Origin: Bacteroidota bacterium
GTDB lineage: Bacteria > Bacteroidota > Bacteroidia > Chitinophagales > Chitinophagaceae
Reading direction: 5' to 3'
Length of the DNA stretch: 64,000 nucleotides
Assembly: GCA_046049675.1 (NCBI GenBank)
Contig: JBJORA010000090.1
Coordinates: forward strand, 16,114-80,113
Shown here: positions 19,752-30,144 of the stretch, piece by piece
How positions within the stretch are numbered: position 1 is the first letter of the stretch
How the letters are laid out: every line of letters starts with the position of its first letter
Position numbers and translations under genes: made by a program
Notes under the pieces: generated by a model
The model's database searches: none
What the model was told of the DNA's origin: nothing
What the model saw: the letters and a program-made list of their open reading frames with translations, nothing else

Positions 19752-22700
19752 ATGAACTCAATTGCATTCGTTGACACCGAGATTGAGCCAAAAAGCCGAA
19801 AGATTCTTGACATTGGAAGTGTCAAGGACGACGGTAGTTCTTTTCATTCAAATTCCGTTACTGACTTTATAAAGTTTCTTAGCGGCACACAGTTCATTTG
19901 CGGACACAATATATTGTATCATGACTTACAGTACATTCAGAAAGCCGTTTCAGATGCAAATGTAAATTCAGATAACGTCATTGACACTTTGTATCTCTCT
20001 CCTCTTTTGTTTCCAACAAGACCCTATCATGCTTTACTCAAGGACGACAAACTTCAAACAGAAGACTCTAATAATCCGCTTAACGATTCCATAAAAGCCA
20101 AGGATCTTTTCTTTGACGAAGTTTCTAACTTCAACCAATCAGACGAGAAACTAAAAAAGCTTTTCTATTTACTATTATACGACAAAAAGGAGTTCAACGC
20201 CTTTTTTCGTTTCATTGCATATACTTGCAGCGACACAGACACTGAAGATTTTATTCGCAAAACATTTGATTCGGTTATTTGCGAACATGCTAACCTTTCA
20301 AAAATAATTTCGGAGCACCCGATTGAATTAGCTTACTGCTTAGCTCTCATAAATTGCAATAACCGATATTCAATAACACCACCTTGGATTTTAAGAAACT
20401 ATCCCAAAGTTGAATGCTTAATGTTTTTGCTAAGAAACAATCCTTGTATCACTGGTTGTAAGTATTGCGATAAAGCATTTGATATTCACAAAGCACTAAA
20501 GGAAAATTTCGGCTATGATGCTTACAGAACTTATGCAGGAGAGCCACTTCAGGAGAACGCAGTTCAAGCAGCAGTTGACAACAAATCTCTATTAGCAGTA
20601 TTTCCTACTGGTGGTGGCAAGTCAATTACTTTTCAAGTTCCTGCATTGATGGCTGGTGAAAACTCAAAAGGTTTAACAGTGGTGATTTCTCCTTTGCAAT
20701 CGCTAATGAAAGACCAGGTTGACAATCTAGAAAAGATAGGAATCACTACTGCTGTTACAATAAACGGTTTGCTTGACCCCATTGAAAGAGCAAAATCTAT
20801 TGAAAGAGTTCAAGATGGTTCAGCATGTCTCCTTTATATTTCTCCTGAATCTTTGCGATCAAAGACCACTGAAAGAATTCTTTTAGGAAGAAAAATTGTT
20901 CGCTTTGTTATTGACGAAGCACACTGCTTTTCTTCATGGGGCCAAGATTTCAGAGTAGATTATTTATACATCGGCGATTTCATCAAATCAATTCGGGAAA
21001 GTAAAAATCTTGAAGAACAAATTCCAGTTTCATGCTTTACTGCAACTGCAAAGCAAAAAGTCATTGAAGACATTTGTGCATACTTCAAAGAAAAGTTGGG
21101 AATCAAATTGGAAATATTCCCCTCCAAAGCGACAAGAACAAACTTGCAATACAGAGTTTTTGAAAAAGGCAACGATGAAGAAAAGTATAACGCAGTTCGC
21201 GATTTAATTGAAGAGAAAAATTGCCCGACAATTATTTATGTTTCAAGAACCAAACGAGCAAGAACCCTTGCAGAAAGATTAAAGGAAGATGGATTTGATG
21301 CAAGAGCATTTCATGGCAAAATGGAAAGCCAAGAGAAAACAGCGAATCAAGATGCTTTTATTTCTGGAGCGGTTCAAATAATGGTGGCGACCTCTGCTTT
21401 TGGGATGGGCGTTGATAAGAAGGATGTTGGAATGGTCATTCACTATGAAATTTCTGACTCACTCGAAAACTATGTTCAGGAGGCAGGCAGAGCAGGGCGA
21501 GATCAAAACATAAAAGCAGACTGTTATGTTTTGTTTAACGAAGAAGACCTCGGCAAACATTTTATCTTGTTGAATCAAACTAAGATCAATATACATGAGA
21601 TCAAGCAAATTTGGAACGCACTGAAGTACCTTACAAAATTCAAATCGAGTGTTCAAAAATCTGCTTTGGAAATCGCAAGAGCGGCAGGTTGGGACGATAG
21701 CTTGCACGAGATAGAAACAAGAGTTACAACTGCAATTGCTGCATTGGAAGAAGCAGGCTATGTGAAAAGAAAACAAAACATGCCAAGAGTTTTCGCCAAT
21801 AGTATTTTATCAAAGACGGCACAAGAAGCGATTGATAAAATTATGCGTTCGCAAAAATTCAGCGAGGATCAAAAAATGGCTGCAACAAGAATTGTCAAAG
21901 CCCTCTTTTCAAGTAAAAGCAGAAAACAAACAAAATCTGATGAAGCTGAATCAAGAGTTGATTACATCTCTGATAATTTGGGCATTGATATTAAGAATGT
22001 CATAGCAGTAGTTAATCTGTTACGTGACGAAAATATTTTGGCAGATGCAAAAGATTTAACTGCATTCATCAAAAGAGGTGAGAATAAAAATCGTTCACTT
22101 GCAATTGTTCATAGCTATGGCCTAATAGAAAACTTCCTTTGTCCATTGTTTGGCGAACAAGAAAAATCATTCCATATTAAGCAGCTAAACGAACAAGCAG
22201 AAGCCGCTGGATGTAGAGATGTTTCACCAACAAAAATAAAAACGATCATCAATTTTTGGGCGATTAAGAATTGGATAAAGCGACACAACAAAGATTATTC
22301 GAAGAATCAAATTGTTGCAATTAGTTGCCAACCAATAGAAGAACTAAGAAAAAGATTAGAGAAGCGACACATTTTAGCGGAGTTTGTTGTTAACTATTTA
22401 TATAAAAAGAGCAATATAATTCTTGAAGAAGTCGAAGCAGAAAAAGATGAAGTATTAGTAGAATTTTCCGTTCTAGAATTACAAGCGGCATTTGAAAAGC
22501 AACCCCAAGAGTTGTTTGCTTTTAAGGCAAGCATGGAAGACATTGAAGATACCTTGTTTTATCTATCACGAATAGAAGCAATAGGGATTGAAGGCGGCTT
22601 CCTTGTTGTGTACAATAAACTTTCAATTGATAGAATTGAACAGAATAATAGGGTTCAATATAAAGACCAGGATTATCAAGCGCTAAAACAGTATTACGAA

Positions 22701-24578
22701 CATAAGGTTCAGCAGATTCACATCGTTGGCGAGTATGCCAAGAAAATGATTGATGATACCACTGGAGCACTACAATTTGTTGACGACTATTTTCAATTAA
22801 ACTTTCCTTCTTTCTTAACTAAATACTTTAAAGCAAGAGAGTATGAAATAGGAAGAAACATAACGCCACAGAAACACAGGCAACTTTTTGATTCTTTATC
22901 GGAGGTTCAGCGAAACATTATTGACGACAAAGATTCAAGATACATTGTTGTTGCAGCTGGACCAGGAAGCGGCAAGACAAGAGTTCTGGTGCACAAATTA
23001 GCTTCATTGCTTTTGATGGAAGACGTTAAGCATGAGCAATTGCTGATGCTAACCTTTTCTAGAGCAGCAGCAACTGAATTCAAGAAAAGGCTGATTGAAC
23101 TAATAGGCAATGCAGCAAACTTCATCGACATAAAAACCTTTCACTCTTATTGTTTTGACCTCTTGGGCAAGGTTGGAACAATTGACACAGCAGATAGAAT
23201 TATCAAAGCCACGGTAGCGAAAATAAGAAATAACGAGGTTGAGGTGAGCAGAATTACAAAAACAGTTTTGGTGATTGATGAAGCACAGGATATGGACCAC
23301 GAGGAATTTGAGCTGATAAGCGTACTCATGGAAAAGAATGATGAAATGAGAGTAATTGCAGTAGGAGATGATGACCAAAATATTTATGAATGGAGGGGAG
23401 CCGATTCGAAATACTTGGTAAGCTTTATTATAGATAAAAAGGCAACGAAATACGAGCTCATCAAAAATTACAGAAGTAAAAGTAATTTGGTTTCATTTGC
23501 TAACCAATTTGTAAGGACAATTGATGGGCGCCTTAAAGAAATCCCGATTGAAGCACAACAAACTGACAATGGGAAAATTAAGATTGTTCATTACAAAAAT
23601 GGAAACCTCATTGCTCCCCTTATTGACGACATACTTTCAACTGACCTTTCAGGTACAACATGCATCTTGACACACAAGAACGAGGAAGCATTTCAAGTAG
23701 CAGGACTTCTGACCAAATACGGACACCAAGCTAAGTTGATTCAGAGCAACGATAGTTTTAGCTTATATAATCTGATAGAGATACGTTACTTTTTGGATGA
23801 GTTGAGATTAGACGATGATGTATTTATTATTAGCGACGATGTTTGGGAGAGCGCGAAAAGACAATTGATACACAGATACAAAGCAAGTTCAAAGTTTGAA
23901 ATTTGTTACAACCTTATTAGGGATTTTGAAAGCACAAACACCAAAAAGAAATACAAGTCGGACTTTGAAGTTTTCATCCGTGAATCAAAGTTGGAAGATT
24001 TTATAAGCACTAGTGGAGATACAATATTTGTTTCTACAATTCACAAGGCAAAAGGAAGAGAATTTGACAACGTGTTCTTATTGCTTGAAAATTTTGATGC
24101 AAGAGAAGCTGAAAAGAAGCGACAACTGTATGTGGCAATGACAAGGGCAAAGCAAAGGCTGACGATTCATTTGAATGGAAATTATCTTGACAATTTGAAG
24201 ACGGAAGAATTAGAGCGGATTGAAAATAATAGCACATTCCAAGCGCCAAGCGGTTTGGTTTTACACCTTTCGCACAAGGATTTAAAGTTGGGATACTTTG
24301 AGTATGTGCAGAAACGAGTAAATGCATTGACAAGCGGAGATTCACTTAGTATATCTGATGAAGGTTGTAAAAACGAAAAAGGCGAATTAGTATTAAAGTT
24401 CTCAAAAAGATTTCTTGAAAGATTAGTAGTTGCAAAGAAGAGGGGTTATGAGTTGAAAGATGCTAAAGTGAATTTCATTGTCTATTGGAAAAATGAGGAT
24501 AAAGGGATTGAAGTAAAAATTGCCCTTCCAGAATTGCATTTTGAACACGCAAATACAGTAAATGCGCAAGTTGACTAG
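19752..24578 (+). CDS. 1608-aa fusion protein: DnaQ-like 3'-5' exonuclease + RecQ-family helicase + UvrD/PcrA-like SF1 helicase
   Basis: Exo motifs FVDTE...GHNILYHD. RecQ Walker A PTGGGKS, DEAH VIDEAHCFSSWGQDFR, and ATSAFGMGVDKKDVGMVIHYEISDSLENYVQEAGRAGRD. UvrD Walker A AAGPGSGKT, DEAQD, GDDDQNIYEWRGA, VAMTRAK. Confidence 0.8.
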   Translation: MNSIAFVDTEIEPKSRKILDIGSVKDDGSSFHSNSVTDFIKFLSGTQFICGHNILYHDLQYIQKAVSDANVNSDNVIDTLYLSPLLFPTRPYHALLKDDKLQTEDSNNPLNDSIKAKDLFFDEVSNFNQSDEKLKKLFYLLLYDKKEFNAFFRFIAYTCSDTDTEDFIRKTFDSVICEHANLSKIISEHPIELAYCLALINCNNRYSITPPWILRNYPKVECLMFLLRNNPCITGCKYCDKAFDIHKALKENFGYDAYRTYAGEPLQENAVQAAVDNKSLLAVFPTGGGKSITFQVPALMAGENSKGLTVVISPLQSLMKDQVDNLEKIGITTAVTINGLLDPIERAKSIERVQDGSACLLYISPESLRSKTTERILLGRKIVRFVIDEAHCFSSWGQDFRVDYLYIGDFIKSIRESKNLEEQIPVSCFTATAKQKVIEDICAYFKEKLGIKLEIFPSKATRTNLQYRVFEKGNDEEKYNAVRDLIEEKNCPTIIYVSRTKRARTLAERLKEDGFDARAFHGKMESQEKTANQDAFISGAVQIMVATSAFGMGVDKKDVGMVIHYEISDSLENYVQEAGRAGRDQNIKADCYVLFNEEDLGKHFILLNQTKINIHEIKQIWNALKYLTKFKSSVQKSALEIARAAGWDDSLHEIETRVTTAIAALEEAGYVKRKQNMPRVFANSILSKTAQEAIDKIMRSQKFSEDQKMAATRIVKALFSSKSRKQTKSDEAESRVDYISDNLGIDIKNVIAVVNLLRDENILADAKDLTAFIKRGENKNRSLAIVHSYGLIENFLCPLFGEQEKSFHIKQLNEQAEAAGCRDVSPTKIKTIINFWAIKNWIKRHNKDYSKNQIVAISCQPIEELRKRLEKRHILAEFVVNYLYKKSNIILEEVEAEKDEVLVEFSVLELQAAFEKQPQELFAFKASMEDIEDTLFYLSRIEAIGIEGGFLVVYNKLSIDRIEQNNRVQYKDQDYQALKQYYEHKVQQIHIVGEYAKKMIDDTTGALQFVDDYFQLNFPSFLTKYFKAREYEIGRNITPQKHRQLFDSLSEVQRNIIDDKDSRYIVVAAGPGSGKTRVLVHKLASLLLMEDVKHEQLLMLTFSRAAATEFKKRLIELIGNAANFIDIKTFHSYCFDLLGKVGTIDTADRIIKATVAKIRNNEVEVSRITKTVLVIDEAQDMDHEEFELISVLMEKNDEMRVIAVGDDDQNIYEWRGADSKYLVSFIIDKKATKYELIKNYRSKSNLVSFANQFVRTIDGRLKEIPIEAQQTDNGKIKIVHYKNGNLIAPLIDDILSTDLSGTTCILTHKNEEAFQVAGLLTKYGHQAKLIQSNDSFSLYNLIEIRYFLDELRLDDDVFIISDDVWESAKRQLIHRYKASSKFEICYNLIRDFESTNTKKKYKSDFEVFIRESKLEDFISTSGDTIFVSTIHKAKGREFDNVFLLLENFDAREAEKKRQLYVAMTRAKQRLTIHLNGNYLDNLKTEELERIENNSTFQAPSGLVLHLSHKDLKLGYFEYVQKRVNALTSGDSLSISDEGCKNEKGELVLKFSKRFLERLVVAKKRGYELKDAKVNFIVYWKNEDKGIEVKIALPELHFEHANTVNAQVD

Positions 24579-24827
24579 GTTTAATAACTGTACCAGACCT
24601 AGTATGAGTGAACTGGAAATAGCACGAAATAGGCGGCAACCGTGCTCCTATTGGCCTTCGTCACTAACCCACTAAGTTGTTTGCAATATCTGCGGCGGCG
24701 GATTAGATTTAATGCTATCGCATAGGTGTATCACTCGCCAGTAGTGTTGGGTGAGCTGTATGGTGTTTGCAAGTAAGCCATTACAACTACTACGTGGCAT
24801 CTACTTAGTTAACTGCAAAAGCTAAAA

Positions 24828-24947
24828 CAATTATTTTGGCAAAGCCTGCTTTTGCGTAACAATTTATTATTTTTGATGATGATAACAATGCTCGCAGATA
24901 TAAGCTTCTTCGAACACGTGATTGACTCAATTCGCAATGCTAGCCCG
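24828..24947 (+). repeat. R2 intergenic repeat copy B
   Basis: CAATTATTTTGGCAAAGCCTGCTTTTGCG...TTATTATTTTTGATGATGATAAC...GATTGACTCAATT. Confidence 0.6.
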
Positions 24948-25180
24948 TAAAGCAATGTAGGCTGGTCGTAAGCATATCAACAAAGGGCAATGCAAAGTCG
25001 AAACAATTACAACATTGCTAGCAGCGTTATAATTCTAAACTAAGGATTCTTACTTACTTTTGTTTTTGAAAAAAGAAACCACTTCTCACATAGGAGCTGC
25101 GCATATATACTTAATGTGGGCCGCACCTTACCCACACTTTAAGCACAACTACAAATTCAAGAAATTAGATATACAGATAT

Positions 25181-25771
25181 ATGGACATAAAGTATATTGA
25201 GAAGAACTACGAAAGCATGCCCGATAGCGAAATTATTAGAATTGCGACGACAGATGCTCATGGATTGCGACCAGAAGTTTTTGGAATTATTGAGAAAGAA
25301 ATCAAGAAACGAAATCTTAATCCTGACATCTTAAAGGGTGCACTTGCGCAAAACAAGGAATATTCATCTGAGGAAATAGAAGACTATTCAAAACTGTTGA
25401 GAGATTTACCTTGTCCCATTTGTGGCAATACACACGAAAAACTAAATGGGACAGTGTCCTATACAGTGCAAAGTTTTATAGTTTTTACCTCATATGGAAG
25501 TGAGCCAACAATTGCTTGTCCAGACTGTCTCGACAAGAAAAATAATGACGCAATGCTTTCAACGGCTTTACTTGGTTGGTGGGGAATTCCTTCGGGAATT
25601 TTAAAGACGCCACTATATATTTATAGAAACTATAAAGCTAAACAAGAAAACAGAATTGACGCTTCAAATAGTGCCCTGCTTTCGTTTGTACTCGACAACA
25701 TTGGAGAAATCGAAACATACAAAGAAGACAAACAAAAACTTAAAGCAATCATAAAGCCGAAGAAATACTAA
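25181..25771 (+). CDS. hypothetical protein with a zinc-ribbon-like CPICG...CPDC
   Basis: 196 aa. The Cys pairs are visible. Confidence 0.4.
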   Translation: MDIKYIEKNYESMPDSEIIRIATTDAHGLRPEVFGIIEKEIKKRNLNPDILKGALAQNKEYSSEEIEDYSKLLRDLPCPICGNTHEKLNGTVSYTVQSFIVFTSYGSEPTIACPDCLDKKNNDAMLSTALLGWWGIPSGILKTPLYIYRNYKAKQENRIDASNSALLSFVLDNIGEIETYKEDKQKLKAIIKPKKY

Positions 25772-25919
25772 CCAGTCGCCAATGCGGCTCATCCTAAAGG
25801 TGAACACTTCAAAACGACAGGCAGCAGAGCTAATATTTAGTTTCGAACTATGAACGACACACATTCGTGGTAAGCAGAATATTTGACAATTTAAGTAAAC
25901 ATAGGATAGCGATTTAATT

Positions 25920-26381
25920 TTGAGTACACAGCAAGACATAAGTGATGTTTTTTCGATGCTTCATGATGGAGTAATTGAAAGTTGGACAGGTAGTAAAGAA
26001 AAACTATTACTAAAAATTAGCTGCTTGTACTTAGCAGAACTCATAAACAAAGACTTTGAATACTTTTATGTAGAGATAGCAGAAGTGCAAAAAATTGAAC
26101 TTGATACGTGGATTAATCCAATTGAAGACGGCCCACAAATATTAACAGAACTATCAGATATTTTTAAAGCCGAATTGGAGATACTCTCAGCTGAGAATAA
26201 AGATAGCGGGGTTGTGATAACATGCAATCAACCATTTAGGGAGATAAATTATAGTGGCGGTCATCTTACCTTAAACTGTACATCAGTCAAAGTATTTAAG
26301 CAAGACAGAAATGAACTGACAATTAAGGCATTAAAAGAGCTATGTACACAATATTGGGACAGCTTTAGGAAAAGAATATAG
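25920..26381 (+). CDS. hypothetical protein
   Basis: 153-aa ORF. Confidence 0.35.
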   Translation: MSTQQDISDVFSMLHDGVIESWTGSKEKLLLKISCLYLAELINKDFEYFYVEIAEVQKIELDTWINPIEDGPQILTELSDIFKAELEILSAENKDSGVVITCNQPFREINYSGGHLTLNCTSVKVFKQDRNELTIKALKELCTQYWDSFRKRI

Positions 26382-26552
26382 TTAACCACAAAAGCCACCA
26401 TAGTTATTTTGGCAACGCGTGCGTTTACACAAACTCTATAATCCAGCCCTTCGGCAAAACCAAAAGATATGTCTTTTCACCTATTTTTTGGGCAGTCTAA
26501 AAATATTTACTACTTTTGTTAACCTATTTCGTTAATAATATTTATCTTTTCA

Positions 26553-26885
26553 TTGGAAATAAGTTATAGAAACAAAAAACTTGAAAAGCAATTGACAGAT
26601 CCAAAAGAGATGGTAAAATCCTTTGGTCAGTTGGCTCGTAAGGTAAATCAAAGACTAAAAGATTTAGGTGATGCGGACGATTTATCAATTATGAGAAGTA
26701 TTCCGGCTGCAAGATGCCACGAACTAGTAGGCGATCGCAAAGGTGAATTAGCGGTAGACGTTTCAAGCAACTACCGACTGATTTTTGAGCCAGTCCATGA
26801 TCCAATACCCAAAAAAGATGATGGCGGTTTGAATTGGGAGGAAGTCACCAAAATTCAGATTAATGAAATAGAAGACTACCATTAA
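26553..26885 (+). CDS. higB: type II toxin, HigB-type (RelE/ParE superfamily, plasmid-killer family)
   Basis: C-terminal block ELVGDRKGELAVDVSSNYRLIFEPV...INEIEDYH matches the HigB signature (GDRKG...I.DYH). Confidence 0.65.
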   Translation: MEISYRNKKLEKQLTDPKEMVKSFGQLARKVNQRLKDLGDADDLSIMRSIPAARCHELVGDRKGELAVDVSSNYRLIFEPVHDPIPKKDDGGLNWEEVTKIQINEIEDYH

Positions 26886-26910
26886 AACAGATAGAACTTA
26901 GGTAAACACA

Positions 26911-28002
26911 ATGGCAACAAAATTAGAAATAGCAAAATCGTTACTCTCGCCTCCCGGCGATACTATTCAGGAGCATATTGATTTTATTGGAATGAGCCAA
27001 GCTGAACTTGCAGAAAGAATGGGCAGACCAAAGGAAAAAATCAATGATGTAATTAAAGGAAGAGAACCAATTTCTACTGCAACAGCTTTTCAATTGGAAA
27101 AAGTTTTAGGTATCTCTGCAAGTTTTTGGTTGAATAGAGAGAAGACATACCGTAAAGAGCTCTATGAATTACAACAACAGGAAGAACTAGAAAGGCAAAA
27201 AGGATGGTTGTGTGCATTTCCAATAAATGAGATGCGAAAATATGCATGGATACCTGATACAAAAGAGAAGCATACTTCGGTGGACAATTTATTAAAATTC
27301 TTTAGTGTAGCATCAACTGAAGAATGGGAAAGGATTTATGTGGATGAAGAAGTTTCTGTTGCATTCAAAATCTCACTGGCTCACACCAAAAGCCCTCATG
27401 CTATTTCAGCATGGTTGCGTAAGGGTGAGATACAAGCTAAGGAAATAGACGTTGCGGAATTTGATAAAAAGAAATTCAAAGAAGCTATGGCAGAAATCAA
27501 AGAAGTGGCCTTTTTGATGCCTGACAATTACACAAAACAATTACGCAATATCTGCGCCAAATGTGGCGTCGCGGTTGTATTAACTCAAAACTTGCCAAAA
27601 GCACCAATAAGTGGAGCAACACGTTGGTTTCATAACAAACCAATCATTCAATTATCTGGTCGCTTTAGGACCAATGACCATTTTTGGTTTACTTTTTTCC
27701 ATGAAGCGGCACATATCATTTTGCACGGCAAAAAAGACATCTTTTTGGAAAATGTAGAAGGCACAGAAACAGACCAAGAAAAAGAGGAAGAAGCTAATGC
27801 ATTTGCTGCTAAAATATTGCTGACTGAAAATGAACTACAACAGATTATTGATGCAGCTCCATTGACCGAAAAAATGATTTATGAGTTTGCAAATAAATTC
27901 AGAACACCACCAGGTGTAATTATAGGCAGATTACAACATTTAAAACTCATTCCATTTCATATCGGCAATAGTTTCAGGCGAAAAATTGATTTATTTAGCT
28001 AA
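26911..28002 (+). CDS. XRE-family HTH antitoxin fused to an ImmA/IrrE-type (COG2856) HExxH metallopeptidase domain
   Basis: N-terminal HTH (GMSQAELAERMGRPKEKINDVIKG). C-terminal HEAAHIILH. Immediately downstream of higB. Confidence 0.65.
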   Translation: MATKLEIAKSLLSPPGDTIQEHIDFIGMSQAELAERMGRPKEKINDVIKGREPISTATAFQLEKVLGISASFWLNREKTYRKELYELQQQEELERQKGWLCAFPINEMRKYAWIPDTKEKHTSVDNLLKFFSVASTEEWERIYVDEEVSVAFKISLAHTKSPHAISAWLRKGEIQAKEIDVAEFDKKKFKEAMAEIKEVAFLMPDNYTKQLRNICAKCGVAVVLTQNLPKAPISGATRWFHNKPIIQLSGRFRTNDHFWFTFFHEAAHIILHGKKDIFLENVEGTETDQEKEEEANAFAAKILLTENELQQIIDAAPLTEKMIYEFANKFRTPPGVIIGRLQHLKLIPFHIGNSFRRKIDLFS

Positions 28003-28322
28003 GAATTGTAGAAGTTTATTTCCGCTATTAATTGCACAGTAGAAATTAAAGATGTGCATAAAAGGCAATGACTTTCAGTTGTAGGCTTAGCCGACTAGTT
28101 GTATTGCATAACGGTAATTTCTCCCGAGACTAGCTGCGCAAAATGTAGTGTGCAAATAGCCAAAAACTTTAGCAGATTTTGAAAAATAAATAGTAATACA
28201 TTCGCTACAAATGAAAAGAAAAACGCTTAATTTTGAGTTGGTCCACATCTGATTGATGCCGTTCGAACAGCAGCTGCAGTAAGCATCATTCGCTATACAT
28301 CACTTTAAAAGACACTTCTACT

Positions 28323-28991
28323 ATGACTGACACTTTTTTGACATTTAAGAAGTTTAACGATGTTGAGATTGCAAATGAAATCGTTGAACTATTAAAAGCG
28401 AAACAAATTGACTTTCATATTGACGAAGATTACAAGCAGTTTTCTAACCCTCTTTTGAGCGATAATGCAGTCGACCATAGAGTTTGTCTAAAACTACGAG
28501 CGGAAGATTTTGTTAAAGCCCAAAGTGTTATAGATGAGTATTATAGAGACATTGCTGATTCAATAGGAAAGGATTATTTTTTGTATAAATACACCGATAA
28601 CGACTTATTCGACATTTTAACTAAGCCAGACGAATGGGGCGAACTCAACTGTCAGTTAGCTCAAAAAATACTTGTGGAAAGAGGCCATGATATTAACCCC
28701 GAAACAATTAAACAACATATTGAACAAATAACGACAGAAGATGCAAAACCAGAAGTAGCTGGAAAAATTTATATCTTTTTAGGCTATGTCGTCGCAATAC
28801 TTGGCGGCTTACTTGCCATTATGTATGGCGAACACTTAGTAAGTTCTAAAAAAACCATGCGCGATGGTACACAAGTCTATACTTATAGGGAAGAAGATAG
28901 AAAGCATGGCAAAAGAATTTTTAGAATTGGTATTGTGTTTTTGATTATTGGCTTGATTCTGTTTATTTACATTAAATTAAGGCAGCTTTGA
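28323..28991 (+). CDS. DUF2007-like N-domain protein with C-terminal TM helices
   Basis: N-terminus resembles DUF2007. Two C-terminal hydrophobic helices. Confidence 0.35.
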   Translation: MTDTFLTFKKFNDVEIANEIVELLKAKQIDFHIDEDYKQFSNPLLSDNAVDHRVCLKLRAEDFVKAQSVIDEYYRDIADSIGKDYFLYKYTDNDLFDILTKPDEWGELNCQLAQKILVERGHDINPETIKQHIEQITTEDAKPEVAGKIYIFLGYVVAILGGLLAIMYGEHLVSSKKTMRDGTQVYTYREEDRKHGKRIFRIGIVFLIIGLILFIYIKLRQL

Positions 28992-29130
28992 TATTAAGGC
29001 TTTGTAACTGCTGCTAACAGGCGTTGTGTACTTAACAGCTAAGAGATATAATTGATAGTGTTTTATGTGGCATTACGTACAAAGATGATAATCCCATTGC
29101 AACGAACTTCACACTGAGCCGTTGTAAGGT

Positions 29131-30144
29131 TTAAATGGCATACCACCCACCCATCTCACCAATCCTCTTCGCAATTTTCTTCTTCAATAGCCTCGGTGCA
29201 AGAACTTTCAGTTGTTCGCCAAAGCCGAGCAGCTCGCGTTCTAGCTCAAAGTTATGGACCACGCATATCTTAAAGATCGTGCCGTCTTCGTCTTGCTTGA
29301 GTACTTCTTGGCTAGGGTGTAGTGGTTTGGTTAGCACGTAGGGCGCGTCGCTTTTTCGTATCCAGAATACAATATTTTGTGCGCGGTCTTTTTCTGTTTT
29401 GGTTACCCCAATGGTATCGGCATAGTATTCGTCAAAGGGTTTGCCTTTGTAGGGCACAAACTTTTCTTTTTCGTTTATGGTAAAAGACTCAATGCGGTCT
29501 AGGGCAAGTGTAATGAGTATATCGCCTTTCTTTGGCTTGCAAATTAAGAACCAACGGTTACGATATTCTTTGAGCAGGTAGGGAAAGTATATGCCTTCTG
29601 TACCTTGTTTTGCCTTGAAGGATTTGTACACAATGTTTAGCGTGGTACGATTGGCAATGGCCTGGTACAAGGGATTGATAAAATCTAAACCTTTTAGCAG
29701 TGGGTTGCTTTCAAATTGTACATAGTTGTGTTTAGCGCCTGCAGTTTGTTCTATACTATTTTCAAGCTTGGTAATCATTTCACTCATTTCGGTGAAGTGG
29801 GCAAAACCGCTAAACTGTTTAAGCACTTGCACGATGCCTTTTAGTTTACCAAGATCGCCTTCGTTGAGCTGCGACTTAAAAATGCTATAGTCTTTGTCGT
29901 CGTAAGTATAGTAGCGTTTGTTTACAACAACGATGGGCGCATTATAGCCAAGGGTATCGCTGCGCATCACTTGTATATCTTGCTGTATGGTGCGTTTGGC
30001 AATACCGGTATGTTTGCCTTCAAAGTCGTAGAGCGCATCTGCTACGGCATCTATTAGGTCTTCTAGTGTCCATTTGCGCAATCTATTTTGCAGACACTTA
30101 TCTATGGTTTTATAGCGCAGTAATGCTTGTTTGTTTGTAGCCAT
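29131..30144 (-). CDS. WYL-domain transcriptional regulator (HTH + WYL; BrxR/CapW-like architecture)
   Basis: 337 aa. N-terminal wHTH. Central WYL-like region (LLKEYRNRWFLIC...). This family typically flanks defense systems. Confidence 0.6.
   Translation of the reverse strand: MATNKQALLRYKTIDKCLQNRLRKWTLEDLIDAVADALYDFEGKHTGIAKRTIQQDIQVMRSDTLGYNAPIVVVNKRYYTYDDKDYSIFKSQLNEGDLGKLKGIVQVLKQFSGFAHFTEMSEMITKLENSIEQTAGAKHNYVQFESNPLLKGLDFINPLYQAIANRTTLNIVYKSFKAKQGTEGIYFPYLLKEYRNRWFLICKPKKGDILITLALDRIESFTINEKEKFVPYKGKPFDEYYADTIGVTKTEKDRAQNIVFWIRKSDAPYVLTKPLHPSQEVLKQDEDGTIFKICVVHNFELERELLGFGEQLKVLAPRLLKKKIAKRIGEMGGWYAI

Noticed and set aside
20960-24345. Multiple antisense ORFs of 60-105 aa inside the helicase gene, and similar ones inside 12460-14883, 15446-17674 and 37066-38121.
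   Set aside because: Embedded in strongly supported sense-strand genes and lacking motifs. Shadow ORFs.
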